64,000 nt of DNA, taken from IMG/VR virus record IMGVR_UViG_3300014348_000112, positions 16,820-80,819 of that record; one strand, 5' to 3'. Made by a program: the position numbers and the translations under genes. Positions within the stretch are counted from its first letter, which is position 1; each line of letters starts with the position of its first letter. Below are positions 45,460-54,087 of this stretch, one piece after another. The notes beneath the pieces were generated by a model, which was given only the letters and a program-made list of their open reading frames with translations, had not been told where the DNA came from and did no database searches. Source of the stretch: a virus.

Positions 45460-48191
45460 GCGGGCACCACCTGGAAGGTACTCGTCATGGTCGCGAACCA
45501 GTCTGCATCGTCGCGCATGACCTTCTTCAGCGGGTCGGCCAGGCCAAAGCGGTACATCATGCCGCTGGGCGCCTTGAAGGTCTGCGACCCCACCGAGCCG
45601 CCCACGTAGCGCACCAGCACCAGGGCGTCAGCCCCGTTGGTGGGCATAGCCGCCGCGTTGATCGCGCTCCTCGTTTCTTGGACGCGCGGCGCAGCCGGGA
45701 TGGCCGCCGCGCCTCGCTTGCTGCCACAACATGCCATGCTAAACTCTCCTCGATAGATGGCCGGGTGCAGGCGCCGGATAGTCTCCTGCAAGGCCGGCTT
45801 GTTGTCGTTGGCCGTGTGCCGCATCTGGTTGGCCGAGTGTTGGCGATACCAGAAGAGCGGCTCCGGCACCCGCACGCCGCAGATGCCGATCTCGCCCAGG
45901 GCGATGACAAACTCCCAATCCTCCCAGCCGCCCATCCTGCTCATCACCGGCTTGTAGCCGCCGACTTGCAGCCAGGCGTCGCGGGCGTAAAGGATGGTGC
46001 AGGCGTGGGTGATGCGGTTGAGCAGGTTAGCAAACACGTAGTCCTCTGCCGCCAGCTCCTGCTCCTTGTCGTCGGCCGGCCACCACAGCACCGAGTCGCT
46101 GTAGGCGTAGTGGCGCGGGTTCTGCTGGATGGCCGAAAGGGTCTTTTCCAGGAAGGCCGGCGCCAGCTTGTCGTCGGCGTCCAGCGGCACGATCCAGGTT
46201 CCGCGCGCCTGGTCGATGCCGGCGTTGCGCGCGGCCGCCAGCCCCAGGTTGCGGTCGTTGGTCACGAGGCGGACCAGGCCAGCCGGATAGCTGTCCACGA
46301 TCTCGCCGATGGCCGTGGCCTCCGCCGGCTCGTTGCCGTCGTCTACCACCACCACCTCCAGGTCGGGCCAGCTCTGCGCCAGCGCGCTGTTGATGGCGGT
46401 CTTGAGGAAGCGGCTGTGCTTGTAGCACGGGATCACCACCGAGGCCAGCGGCGGGTAGATGTCCCGATGGTGGCTGTTGACGATGGCCCGCAGGCGTTGG
46501 ATGTGGGGCTGCGACTCGTGGTCCCGGCCCTCCTGCCACAGCTTGCGATACCAGAACAGCGCGCCCGGTATGCGCCGGCCGTGCCAGCCCAGCTTCCCCA
46601 TGTTCAGCCACAGCTCGTAATCCTCCCACGAGGGGTTGATGTCCTTGTAGCCGCCGGCCCGCTGAAAGGCGGTGCGCCGGAACAGGTTGCAGCAGGGGAT
46701 GAAGTTGCCGTGCGTCAACCGCTCAAACTCGTACTCACTGGCCAGCACCGTCCCCTGCCAATAGCCGCTGTCAGGCCGCATCCCAAAGGCCATCATGTCG
46801 GAGTACGCGATGCCCAGGCCGGGGTCGGCGTCCAGCGCGGCGCTCAGGCGGGAGAGGAACAGCGGGTCGATGCGGTCGTCGGCGTCCAGACAGCAGATGT
46901 ACTGCCCCTGGCTGGCGGCGATGCCGTTGTTGCGCGCGGTCGCCACCCCGGCATTCTCTTGCGCAATGACCCGCACCGGCACGCCGTCCACTACCTGCAA
47001 GGGCTTAAATGCCGCATTCAACCCCTTGCTCTTGACGTTTTGCATTCCCAACGCGCCCGCAATGGCCTGTAGGGAGGCGTCCTTGGAGCCGTCGTCCACC
47101 ACCACCAGCTCATAGGCCGGCGCCTGGCGCTGGCGCAGCACGCTCTTGATGGCCTCGCCGACGTAGGCCGCTTTGTTGTAGCACGGAATCACCACCGAGA
47201 CCTTGGGCCGGCCCGGCGCGCGCTCCCTCTCCCGCTCCTCCAGCGCCCGCTCGTAGACGGCCAGGAGGCGTTCTACGGCATGATCCAGGGTAAACATACG
47301 CTCGACGCGCTCACGCCCTTCCTGGCCCATCCTGGCGGCGCTGGAGAGCACTGTATCGAGTTTCTCGACCAGCCGGCCCATGTCGCCCGGCTTTACCAGC
47401 GCGCCGCAGGCGTCGGTGACGGTCTCGGCCGTGCCGCCGTGGCGATAGCCCAGGATAGGCTTTTGCAGGGCCATTGCCTCCAGCACCTGGATGGCGTGGT
47501 TTTCCTGCACCGTCGCCAGGTACACGTCGCAGTCGGCCAGCGCAGCCTGCATGTGGCGGAAGGGCTGCGGCCCGATCAGGTGCATGTTCTTGGGCGCGTG
47601 CGGGATCGCGCCTTTCTGCAATAGCGCAACCACGGCGATGTCGGGCCGGCGCAGGGCCAGCTCAATGGCCGGCGTTGGGTCCAGCACGTCCGACAGGCCC
47701 GTCTTGCCCCACAGCACCAGCGGCGTCTCGGCGGTGATGCGCAGGGCCGCCCGCAAATGCCCCGTGGGCACGTTCTCCCACTCAGCCAGATCAACGCCGT
47801 TGTAGATCACCCAGGTGTCGCCGGTGGTCTCCTTGGCGCGCGGGTCGCCGGCCGGGTAGCGGCCCACCAGCCGGCCCCACTGCTCCGCCGTCCACTGCGA
47901 GACGGCCACTACCTGGCGGGCCTGGCGCAGGTTGTCGAAGATGGCCTTGTTGGCGTCGATCTGCCACTGCGCCATCTTGGCTTTCAACGGGTACACGCCG
48001 TGGTTAGTATATATGTCAACCTGTGGCGCGCGATCCATCGCGTGGCAATGCACCAGCGCCTCGCCGTCCGGCTGCGCGACAATCTCCCAGCCGCGTTGCT
48101 CCAGGGCCTGGGCCAGCTTGTTGACGTGGATCATCACCCCGCCGGCGCCGTTGGCGTTGGGGGCGGGGAGGAGGCAGACGCTTCTTGTCAT
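45456..48191 (-). CDS. Tri-domain glycosyltransferase (GT4 + GT2 + GT2)
   Basis: QENHAIQVLEAMALQKPI (GT4), then two SVVIPCY...VVVDDG...(C/P)LDADD GT2 domains. Confidence 0.9.
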   Translation of the reverse strand: MTRSVCLLPAPNANGAGGVMIHVNKLAQALEQRGWEIVAQPDGEALVHCHAMDRAPQVDIYTNHGVYPLKAKMAQWQIDANKAIFDNLRQARQVVAVSQWTAEQWGRLVGRYPAGDPRAKETTGDTWVIYNGVDLAEWENVPTGHLRAALRITAETPLVLWGKTGLSDVLDPTPAIELALRRPDIAVVALLQKGAIPHAPKNMHLIGPQPFRHMQAALADCDVYLATVQENHAIQVLEAMALQKPILGYRHGGTAETVTDACGALVKPGDMGRLVEKLDTVLSSAARMGQEGRERVERMFTLDHAVERLLAVYERALEERERERAPGRPKVSVVIPCYNKAAYVGEAIKSVLRQRQAPAYELVVVDDGSKDASLQAIAGALGMQNVKSKGLNAAFKPLQVVDGVPVRVIAQENAGVATARNNGIAASQGQYICCLDADDRIDPLFLSRLSAALDADPGLGIAYSDMMAFGMRPDSGYWQGTVLASEYEFERLTHGNFIPCCNLFRRTAFQRAGGYKDINPSWEDYELWLNMGKLGWHGRRIPGALFWYRKLWQEGRDHESQPHIQRLRAIVNSHHRDIYPPLASVVIPCYKHSRFLKTAINSALAQSWPDLEVVVVDDGNEPAEATAIGEIVDSYPAGLVRLVTNDRNLGLAAARNAGIDQARGTWIVPLDADDKLAPAFLEKTLSAIQQNPRHYAYSDSVLWWPADDKEQELAAEDYVFANLLNRITHACTILYARDAWLQVGGYKPVMSRMGGWEDWEFVIALGEIGICGVRVPEPLFWYRQHSANQMRHTANDNKPALQETIRRLHPAIYRGEFSMACCGSKRGAAAIPAAPRVQETRSAINAAAMPTNGADALVLVRYVGGSVGSQTFKAPSGMMYRFGLADPLKKVMRDDADWFATMTSTFQVVPA
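46998..47028. repeat. Second copy of the TT(G/A)AATGC-C-GCATTCAA palindrome, inside the GT2 coding region
   Basis: caaggg-c-ttaaatgc-c-gcattcaa-c-cccttg. Confidence 0.75.
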
Positions 48192-48538
48192 TCGCCGCCG
48201 CCGCCTACGGTCTCGTAGGAGAACACGATGCTCGTCACCATGACCACAGACCCCACGGCCGGCGCCGTGGTAAACTCCTGGGTAAAGACCGCCAGCCCGT
48301 CGGTGACGACGATCTCGCCCCAGACGGCTGTACCGATGACGTACATCGTCATGGTGAGCAGTGAGTCCGGGTCGCCCTCTGACACCGGCGCTTGCAGGGC
48401 CAGGGCGGTTGCAATGTCGTTCCAGACAGCCGCCGCGTCTGTCCAGTCGCCTACCACCGTCACGCGCGGAAAGGCGCTTGCGGCTGCGACTGCTGCCGCT
48501 GCGTTGGTCTCTGCCTCGTACCAGCCAATTGTCGTCAT
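48188..48538 (-). CDS. Hypothetical (probably virion) protein
   Basis: GAGG RBS; ATGA overlap with the GT gene. Confidence 0.6.
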   Translation of the reverse strand: MTTIGWYEAETNAAAAVAAASAFPRVTVVGDWTDAAAVWNDIATALALQAPVSEGDPDSLLTMTMYVIGTAVWGEIVVTDGLAVFTQEFTTAPAVGSVVMVTSIVFSYETVGGGGE

Positions 48539-48546
48539 AGCTGCCT

Positions 48547-49458
48547 CTAGGGTTGCCACTTGATGGCGTACTGGCGCACGGTTGCGCCGCCCAGCGCGTC
48601 CTGCCAGCCGCCCTGGGTCGAGCCTTGCCGCCGGCTGTAGGAGTAGGCGCCGCCGAAGCTCTCCGATTGCAAGTTGCCGTCGCCCACGCCGGCCTGCAAG
48701 CCGAACGCCTCCAGCAGCATGGTGGATAGCGAACGGGGCGCCCGCCCCCAGCCCATCGGCACGTAGGCCACGGCGATGTTGCCAGGGTAGCTGTTAGACC
48801 AGCGGCCGCGCGGGTGTCGGCAGTAGGAGTCGGACAGGCAGTCGCAGCACTTGCGGGTCAGCCAGTTCTCGCCGGCAATTGCCCAGTAGCTGCTGGTCAG
48901 GCTGGTGGCGTTCTCGGTCACAGCCGTCACGCTTTGCAGGGGCAGCGGCAGAAACAGGTGCGTCGTGCCGCCGCCGGAGAGCTGCACCCACAAGGCGCTC
49001 AGGCACAGCACCGCCCGGTCTTCGTAGTCCGCGCCGATGATCGTGGCTGCCAGGGTCTTCAGGTAGGTGCTGGGCGTCGAGGGGTTGACCTGCGGCAGCA
49101 GCTCCAGGCTGTAGTCCTGGCCGGCGCCGTTGACCGCTGCAACCAGCGCGCCCAGGGTGGCGTAGTCGGCAAAGGCGTAGCCGTCGCCGCCCACCGTCAG
49201 CGTGTCCTCGGTCACGATCAACGTGTCAGCCGCCGTGGAGGAGGCGATCAGCGCCCGCCCGAAGGTGTGGCCCAGGGCGTCTTCCAGGGTGGCCACGAGT
49301 TGGTCGATGCGGCGCGTGATCTGGCTGTCAGTCATCTCGGCCACATCGTCGCCGAAGGCCGCGCGTACGTCGGCTACGGTCAGGTAGGAGATGCACGGCG
49401 CTCCGACCGCGGCCGGCGTCGCGATGGTACCAGTGCCAGTTCCGGTGGTGGTGGTCAC
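48547..49458 (-). CDS. Head-tail connector-like protein (extended)
   Basis: YLTVADVRAAFG start and LQSESFGGAYSYS end, typical of SPP1 gp15 / HK97 gp6-type connectors. Confidence 0.65.
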   Translation of the reverse strand: MTTTTGTGTGTIATPAAVGAPCISYLTVADVRAAFGDDVAEMTDSQITRRIDQLVATLEDALGHTFGRALIASSTAADTLIVTEDTLTVGGDGYAFADYATLGALVAAVNGAGQDYSLELLPQVNPSTPSTYLKTLAATIIGADYEDRAVLCLSALWVQLSGGGTTHLFLPLPLQSVTAVTENATSLTSSYWAIAGENWLTRKCCDCLSDSYCRHPRGRWSNSYPGNIAVAYVPMGWGRAPRSLSTMLLEAFGLQAGVGDGNLQSESFGGAYSYSRRQGSTQGGWQDALGGATVRQYAIKWQP

Positions 49459-49476
49459 GGTTTCCTCGTCGCAAAT

Positions 49477-50634
49477 CTACGGAATAGTTTCATTGTCTGG
49501 ATTTACAAAGCTAACGCCGACCTTGGTTCTGTGCAGGTAATAGGTGCCCGGCTCCTTCAGGTGCAGCCGGACCTTGCCGTAGTTGTCCGTGATGCCGTAG
49601 TCCACGATGGTCGTCATGGCCTCGTCACTGAACGCCTGCACCAGCGCGTCGCGGATTGGCGTCGTGCCGTCGGTGGTCAGGGTGTAGATGAAGATGTCGT
49701 CGAGCTGGTCTACGGTGTCTTGGATGTCGCCAAGTTGCATGTCGAGGTTAGCCGCGGCCAACCCGACCGCCGCGCGCACGCCGGCAGCGTCCAAACCTCC
49801 GCCCGCCGCTGCTGCGTCCAGGATCACGTCCAGCCGGCCGCCGTTGGCCCAGTCGGTCTGGAGTTCGTTGCTGTCTGCCAGGATCGCCTGCGCCGTAGCC
49901 TCCAGCGCCAGCGTCGCCAGTTGCGTGTCCAGGTTGGCTGCGGCCACGGCAATGGCAGCCGGCAGCGTCGTCCCCGTGTCCTCCAGGATCGCCGCCAACT
50001 CAGCCATCGCGCTACCAGCAGCCGCCGCGCCAGACGGAGCCAACAGCAGCGCGTCGGCGATGTCCTGCGCATCTGGAACAGCAGTCGTAACCTGTGCAAC
50101 CCCAGAACTGGTCAGCCCGACCATCAAGCCAGTAGCGCCGTATATCGCATTGGGCAGAGGTGATACTAACTGCAGCGCAGGCTGATACCCGCGAGAGTCG
50201 AGAGTGATCTTGCCGAATGTGACCGCGTCCTGCGTTCCGTACAGTACGACCCGCACATTGCCGTTCGCGTCCGCCGGTGCCACCGCAACACCCTGTTGCA
50301 TTGTCACATTAACAGCAGGGGTGCCTACCCGCAACGTGATGCCAACCGAATACCACTCCGCCCCGGCCGCGTCCACGCAGTTGACCGTGATAGACCCACC
50401 CTCCCCGGCTGCGGTCGTCTCAGCCGCGCTCAACACAAACTCGATCTGCGTCCCGCCCGTGGGCTTGACGGTCGGCGTGTTGTCCAGCGCCTCGAACGCC
50501 CCGCCGTTGACCGAGATCGTGAAGTCTGCCGCGGCAATCGTCGGACTGCTTTTCCACAGGCCCGCGTTGGCCTGATCTTCCAGGCCGGGCAGGTAGAACG
50601 TGAACGTGCTGCCGGGTATCGGGTGGAAGCTCAT
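49477..50634 (-). CDS. Hypothetical virion-associated protein with AANLDxQL repeats
   Basis: GGAG RBS; in the head module. Confidence 0.65.
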   Translation of the reverse strand: MSFHPIPGSTFTFYLPGLEDQANAGLWKSSPTIAAADFTISVNGGAFEALDNTPTVKPTGGTQIEFVLSAAETTAAGEGGSITVNCVDAAGAEWYSVGITLRVGTPAVNVTMQQGVAVAPADANGNVRVVLYGTQDAVTFGKITLDSRGYQPALQLVSPLPNAIYGATGLMVGLTSSGVAQVTTAVPDAQDIADALLLAPSGAAAAGSAMAELAAILEDTGTTLPAAIAVAAANLDTQLATLALEATAQAILADSNELQTDWANGGRLDVILDAAAAGGGLDAAGVRAAVGLAAANLDMQLGDIQDTVDQLDDIFIYTLTTDGTTPIRDALVQAFSDEAMTTIVDYGITDNYGKVRLHLKEPGTYYLHRTKVGVSFVNPDNETIP

Positions 50635-50643
50635 GATCTACTC

Positions 50644-50916
50644 CTAGCCCAAACGCCCTTGAAGCTGCGTCAGAAACGCGGCATTGATCTCTACCGTCGC
50701 GCTGCCCCAGAGGTTGTACACCGCCTCGGCGTCCGTCACGCTCACGCCCAACTTCGTTGCCAGCGCGGCCCAATCCCCGCCCAGCGCGACCTGATCCATG
50801 ATAGCTTTCACGTCGCTGAACCTGTCTTGCAGCGTCTCAAGCTGGTCGATAGCGCTCCGTACGTCCGCGCTGAGCCTGCTCGCGGTGCCAGTGATCTCAA
50901 TGTGTGCTGTTGCCAT
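50644..50916 (-). CDS. Hypothetical protein
   Basis: GGAG RBS. Confidence 0.65.
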   Translation of the reverse strand: MATAHIEITGTASRLSADVRSAIDQLETLQDRFSDVKAIMDQVALGGDWAALATKLGVSVTDAEAVYNLWGSATVEINAAFLTQLQGRLG

Positions 50917-50934
50917 GTGTTATGTCTCCTATGT

Positions 50935-51687
50935 CTAGAGTGCGGCCATCGCCGCTGATACCGTCGCCACCTGCGGCGCAGTGAGAGTGTCAGAGTAGAC
51001 AACTAGCGCCGCGATTGTTCCGCCGTTCATTGTGCCGCGCAAACCGCCCGGCATAGTACCCGTCCAGGCCGAAAGCACGTACATCTGAATAGTCGCTCCT
51101 GCTGTTGCCAGGGGTCCGGTGCCATCAGACGCGCCATTGCGGTAGAGATTGTTCGCCGCCATGCCCACTACACCCGTTGAGATACGCGGCGCTACGAGCG
51201 TTGTACCAGCGGGGCCGGTGCGGTATTCGCAGTGGTCTGTAGCGGGATAGTAGGGGCGCACTTCAAAATGATTTGCCGCCACCACGCCGAACAGTCGTTC
51301 ATTGCTGTTCACCGAAGCAAAACGACACAGGATCGTATAGGTCCGCGCGTCGATCAACAGCGGTAAAACGAGATAGGCCGAGCCGTTACCGAGCCAGCCG
51401 CCAGCCGCCAGGGTGGGCGCGACACCTGGCGCTACATCGTAGGTGCCGGGATTGGCTAGATTGACATACGATGCCGCCAGCGAGGCCGCGCCTTTGGGCT
51501 GGAATGCCGCAACGCACGTTTTACCCGTCACCAGCCACCAATCGGCCGCAGCCGATGCAACCGCCCGCCGCGACACGCTCACGCCGATGCCCGGCACGTG
51601 CACCACGCGCTGACCAGGCCGCAGCACCATGATCGTGCGCAGGCGGGATAGCCAGTCAAGACGGGGGAGGAGGGTTGTCGCTGTCAT
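50935..51687 (-). CDS. Beta-rich (LamG/ConA-like) head decoration candidate
   Basis: AAGGA RBS; ...LYRNG...GTIAALVVYSDTLTAPQV C-terminal pattern. Confidence 0.5.
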   Translation of the reverse strand: MTATTLLPRLDWLSRLRTIMVLRPGQRVVHVPGIGVSVSRRAVASAAADWWLVTGKTCVAAFQPKGAASLAASYVNLANPGTYDVAPGVAPTLAAGGWLGNGSAYLVLPLLIDARTYTILCRFASVNSNERLFGVVAANHFEVRPYYPATDHCEYRTGPAGTTLVAPRISTGVVGMAANNLYRNGASDGTGPLATAGATIQMYVLSAWTGTMPGGLRGTMNGGTIAALVVYSDTLTAPQVATVSAAMAAL

Positions 51688-51721
51688 GGTTCCTTCTGCT
51701 AACGTCTCAATTTTGAAGGCT

Positions 51722-52594
51722 CTATAACCGAGCCTGCAACTCTTTCCAATGCCGGCCCAGCGGTGTCAGCCGCATGGTCTTGGCCTTGTCCGGGTCTACT
51801 TCGCACAACGCACAATTGCGCCATAGTCCGTAGTCCCAGGCTGCGAACCAGAACACGCCCATCACGCCATCGCGCCCGGCCGGCCCTTGCTCGCGGCCGA
51901 TTTCCAGGAGCCGCAAGCACTCATCCATAACCTCTGCCTGCTGGTCAAAAGGCTGGTTCTCGGCGCAGACCTCGGTGATGACGACCGGCTTGTCGCCGAT
52001 CCACGCCCTGCGCCATTCAGCGACCAGCGCGCTCCACGTCGCCTGTAGCATAGCCCGGTCGGTCGAGTGGTAGAGGTGGACGCCGTGCATGGACGGCGAA
52101 CCAATGCCGGCACGCCGCAAGAGCCGCAGGAACTCACGCCACCAGTCGCGCCCGTGCGCATAGAGAGCCGAGTCGCGGTCTACATAGTTGATGCTGGCGT
52201 TCGGGCCGCACCAGTTCATGTCAACGTCCATCTCGCGTGCCAAGTTGATAAATGTCAGCGCCAGGTCACGACCCTTTGCCGGCGTGATGTCGTCTTGTTC
52301 GCTGACGTGGCCCTCGTTCAGGAACAGCCACGTCTCGCCGTTGGGGTGATTGTAGAGGCGTTCTCGCACCCCTGGGGCGACAACCCCGTCCAGATGCCAA
52401 CTACGCACCGTCGGGACGTAGCCCGGCCACTGCACAGGCTCCGTGCAGTAGTAGTCCATCCACCTATCGGGCGCCAACAACTCTAGCGCCTGCTGTGTCC
52501 TCCACAGCATCGCCGGGTCCGGTTCCCAAGGCAGGCAGACGTTCCAACCATATGGAGTTTGCATAAGTTTGCTCTGCTGGCCGGCGGCAGCCAT
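51722..52594 (-). CDS. Putative glycoside hydrolase (clan GH-A-like catalytic core)
   Basis: WLFLNEG (acid/base), HGVHLY, VVITEV (nucleophile), GVFWF. Confidence 0.65.
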   Translation of the reverse strand: MAAAGQQSKLMQTPYGWNVCLPWEPDPAMLWRTQQALELLAPDRWMDYYCTEPVQWPGYVPTVRSWHLDGVVAPGVRERLYNHPNGETWLFLNEGHVSEQDDITPAKGRDLALTFINLAREMDVDMNWCGPNASINYVDRDSALYAHGRDWWREFLRLLRRAGIGSPSMHGVHLYHSTDRAMLQATWSALVAEWRRAWIGDKPVVITEVCAENQPFDQQAEVMDECLRLLEIGREQGPAGRDGVMGVFWFAAWDYGLWRNCALCEVDPDKAKTMRLTPLGRHWKELQARL

Positions 52595-52624
52595 CCACCG
52601 CCGGCCAGGTCACACACGTCGATC

Positions 52625-54040
52625 CTACCGCGACGGCGATACCGTCAGGTAGTCCTCCGGGCAGAACGCCGAGCTGATGTACTGCTCAGCGAAGTAGCTG
52701 GAGGTCATGTCAGGAACCATCGGGCTGAGCGGCCCGCGGCAAGCCACGTCCTGGATGCGCGCCTGCGCCCAGGGCGCCGAGCACCAGATGTTCGGGCGGA
52801 ACACGACCGTCGGCTGCACGCACTCGTTGTCGGTCTTCCAGTACCACAGGAAGCGACCGCCGTCCGTGGCCTTGTAGTGAGCGCCGCCGGAGACCTCGGC
52901 AAAGCGATTGGCCGGCTTGCTCATGTCGATGTACTGGCCGCGCATGATCGGCACCGCGCCGTTGCCCAGGTTGCGGGTCAGAACGTAGATGTCGCCGGTG
53001 AAGCCGTCGGCCGCCTGGCCGACCGCCTGCCAGTCGTAGCTGATGATCGGGATAGGGGTGCTATCCACGTAGATTTGGCCGTCGCCGAACGCGCCGCCGT
53101 TGAGGGTGTCCCGGTAAGCGCGCGCCTCCAGGGTGTTCAGGTTGGCTTCGGTGTACTGGCCGCCGGGGCAAACGCTCCAGCAGGTGAAGGCGTCCAGCAG
53201 GCAGTAGCGCAGGTGGTTGGGCAGCATGATCACCATGTCGCCGGGGGCCACACGGCCATTGCCCGACCAGGCGATCTTTTGGCGAATGCGGCGCACGATG
53301 GAGATGATGTAGTCGATCAGGTTGTGGGTGCCGTTCAGCTTGTGGCTGAAGTCGTTGTCATCCCAATCGACCACGATGCTGTCCATCGCCGAGCAGCGCA
53401 CACCGTTGGTCACATTGACGTAGCCGGTGTTGATCAGGCGCTCCAGCCCCTCGAACTGGCCGGTGGTGCTGGAGTTGCCGGTGATCACCATGCGCTTCAG
53501 GTCATCGTAGACGACGCGGCCGGCCAGCACGCTGGACCACACCAGGTCGTCGTCGATCTGCTGGCCGTTGAGGGTGTAGACCGGCTGCTCGGCCCACAAC
53601 TTGCGGTTGTTCTCGGTCAGGTCGCGGGTCGGTCCCTTGCGGGCCAGGCGTCCCTTGTCGGGCAGCAGAATCTCGCAGGTGCCGAAGTCCACGCCGTCGG
53701 CGTCGTCGCAGGCCGCTTTCTCGCCGGTGGTGTAGACGCCATCGCTCTTGTCCGGCCCAGTCCAGGAGAGCAGCTTGACGAACTGCCGGCAGTCGTCGTT
53801 CGGCTGCCAGCCCATCCAGGCCAGGAACGGCTCGTCCGTCATGGTCAGGGAGAAGAGGGCGTTGTCGCTCTGGTCGGTGAACAGCCCGCAACAGCCGGTC
53901 AGGCTGCCCAGGCTGCTCAGGGTCAGGCTTGCCTCTTTGGGCCGCACGCCCATGTACGGCCGCATCGGGTAGGGGCCGGTCTGTCCGCTGACGGCCGTCA
54001 GGGCCTGGATCAGCATATTCAAGTCAACATTACTTGCCAT
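52625..54040 (-). CDS. Major capsid protein
   Basis: Follows the protease/scaffold; GGAG RBS; 471 aa; strongly GC3-biased; GQFEGLERLI pattern. Confidence 0.78.
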   Translation of the reverse strand: MASNVDLNMLIQALTAVSGQTGPYPMRPYMGVRPKEASLTLSSLGSLTGCCGLFTDQSDNALFSLTMTDEPFLAWMGWQPNDDCRQFVKLLSWTGPDKSDGVYTTGEKAACDDADGVDFGTCEILLPDKGRLARKGPTRDLTENNRKLWAEQPVYTLNGQQIDDDLVWSSVLAGRVVYDDLKRMVITGNSSTTGQFEGLERLINTGYVNVTNGVRCSAMDSIVVDWDDNDFSHKLNGTHNLIDYIISIVRRIRQKIAWSGNGRVAPGDMVIMLPNHLRYCLLDAFTCWSVCPGGQYTEANLNTLEARAYRDTLNGGAFGDGQIYVDSTPIPIISYDWQAVGQAADGFTGDIYVLTRNLGNGAVPIMRGQYIDMSKPANRFAEVSGGAHYKATDGGRFLWYWKTDNECVQPTVVFRPNIWCSAPWAQARIQDVACRGPLSPMVPDMTSSYFAEQYISSAFCPEDYLTVSPSR

Positions 54041-54087
54041 CGTAGGTTCTCCTGTGCGCTCAGGATGCGCACGAAGGTGTGGGTTGG

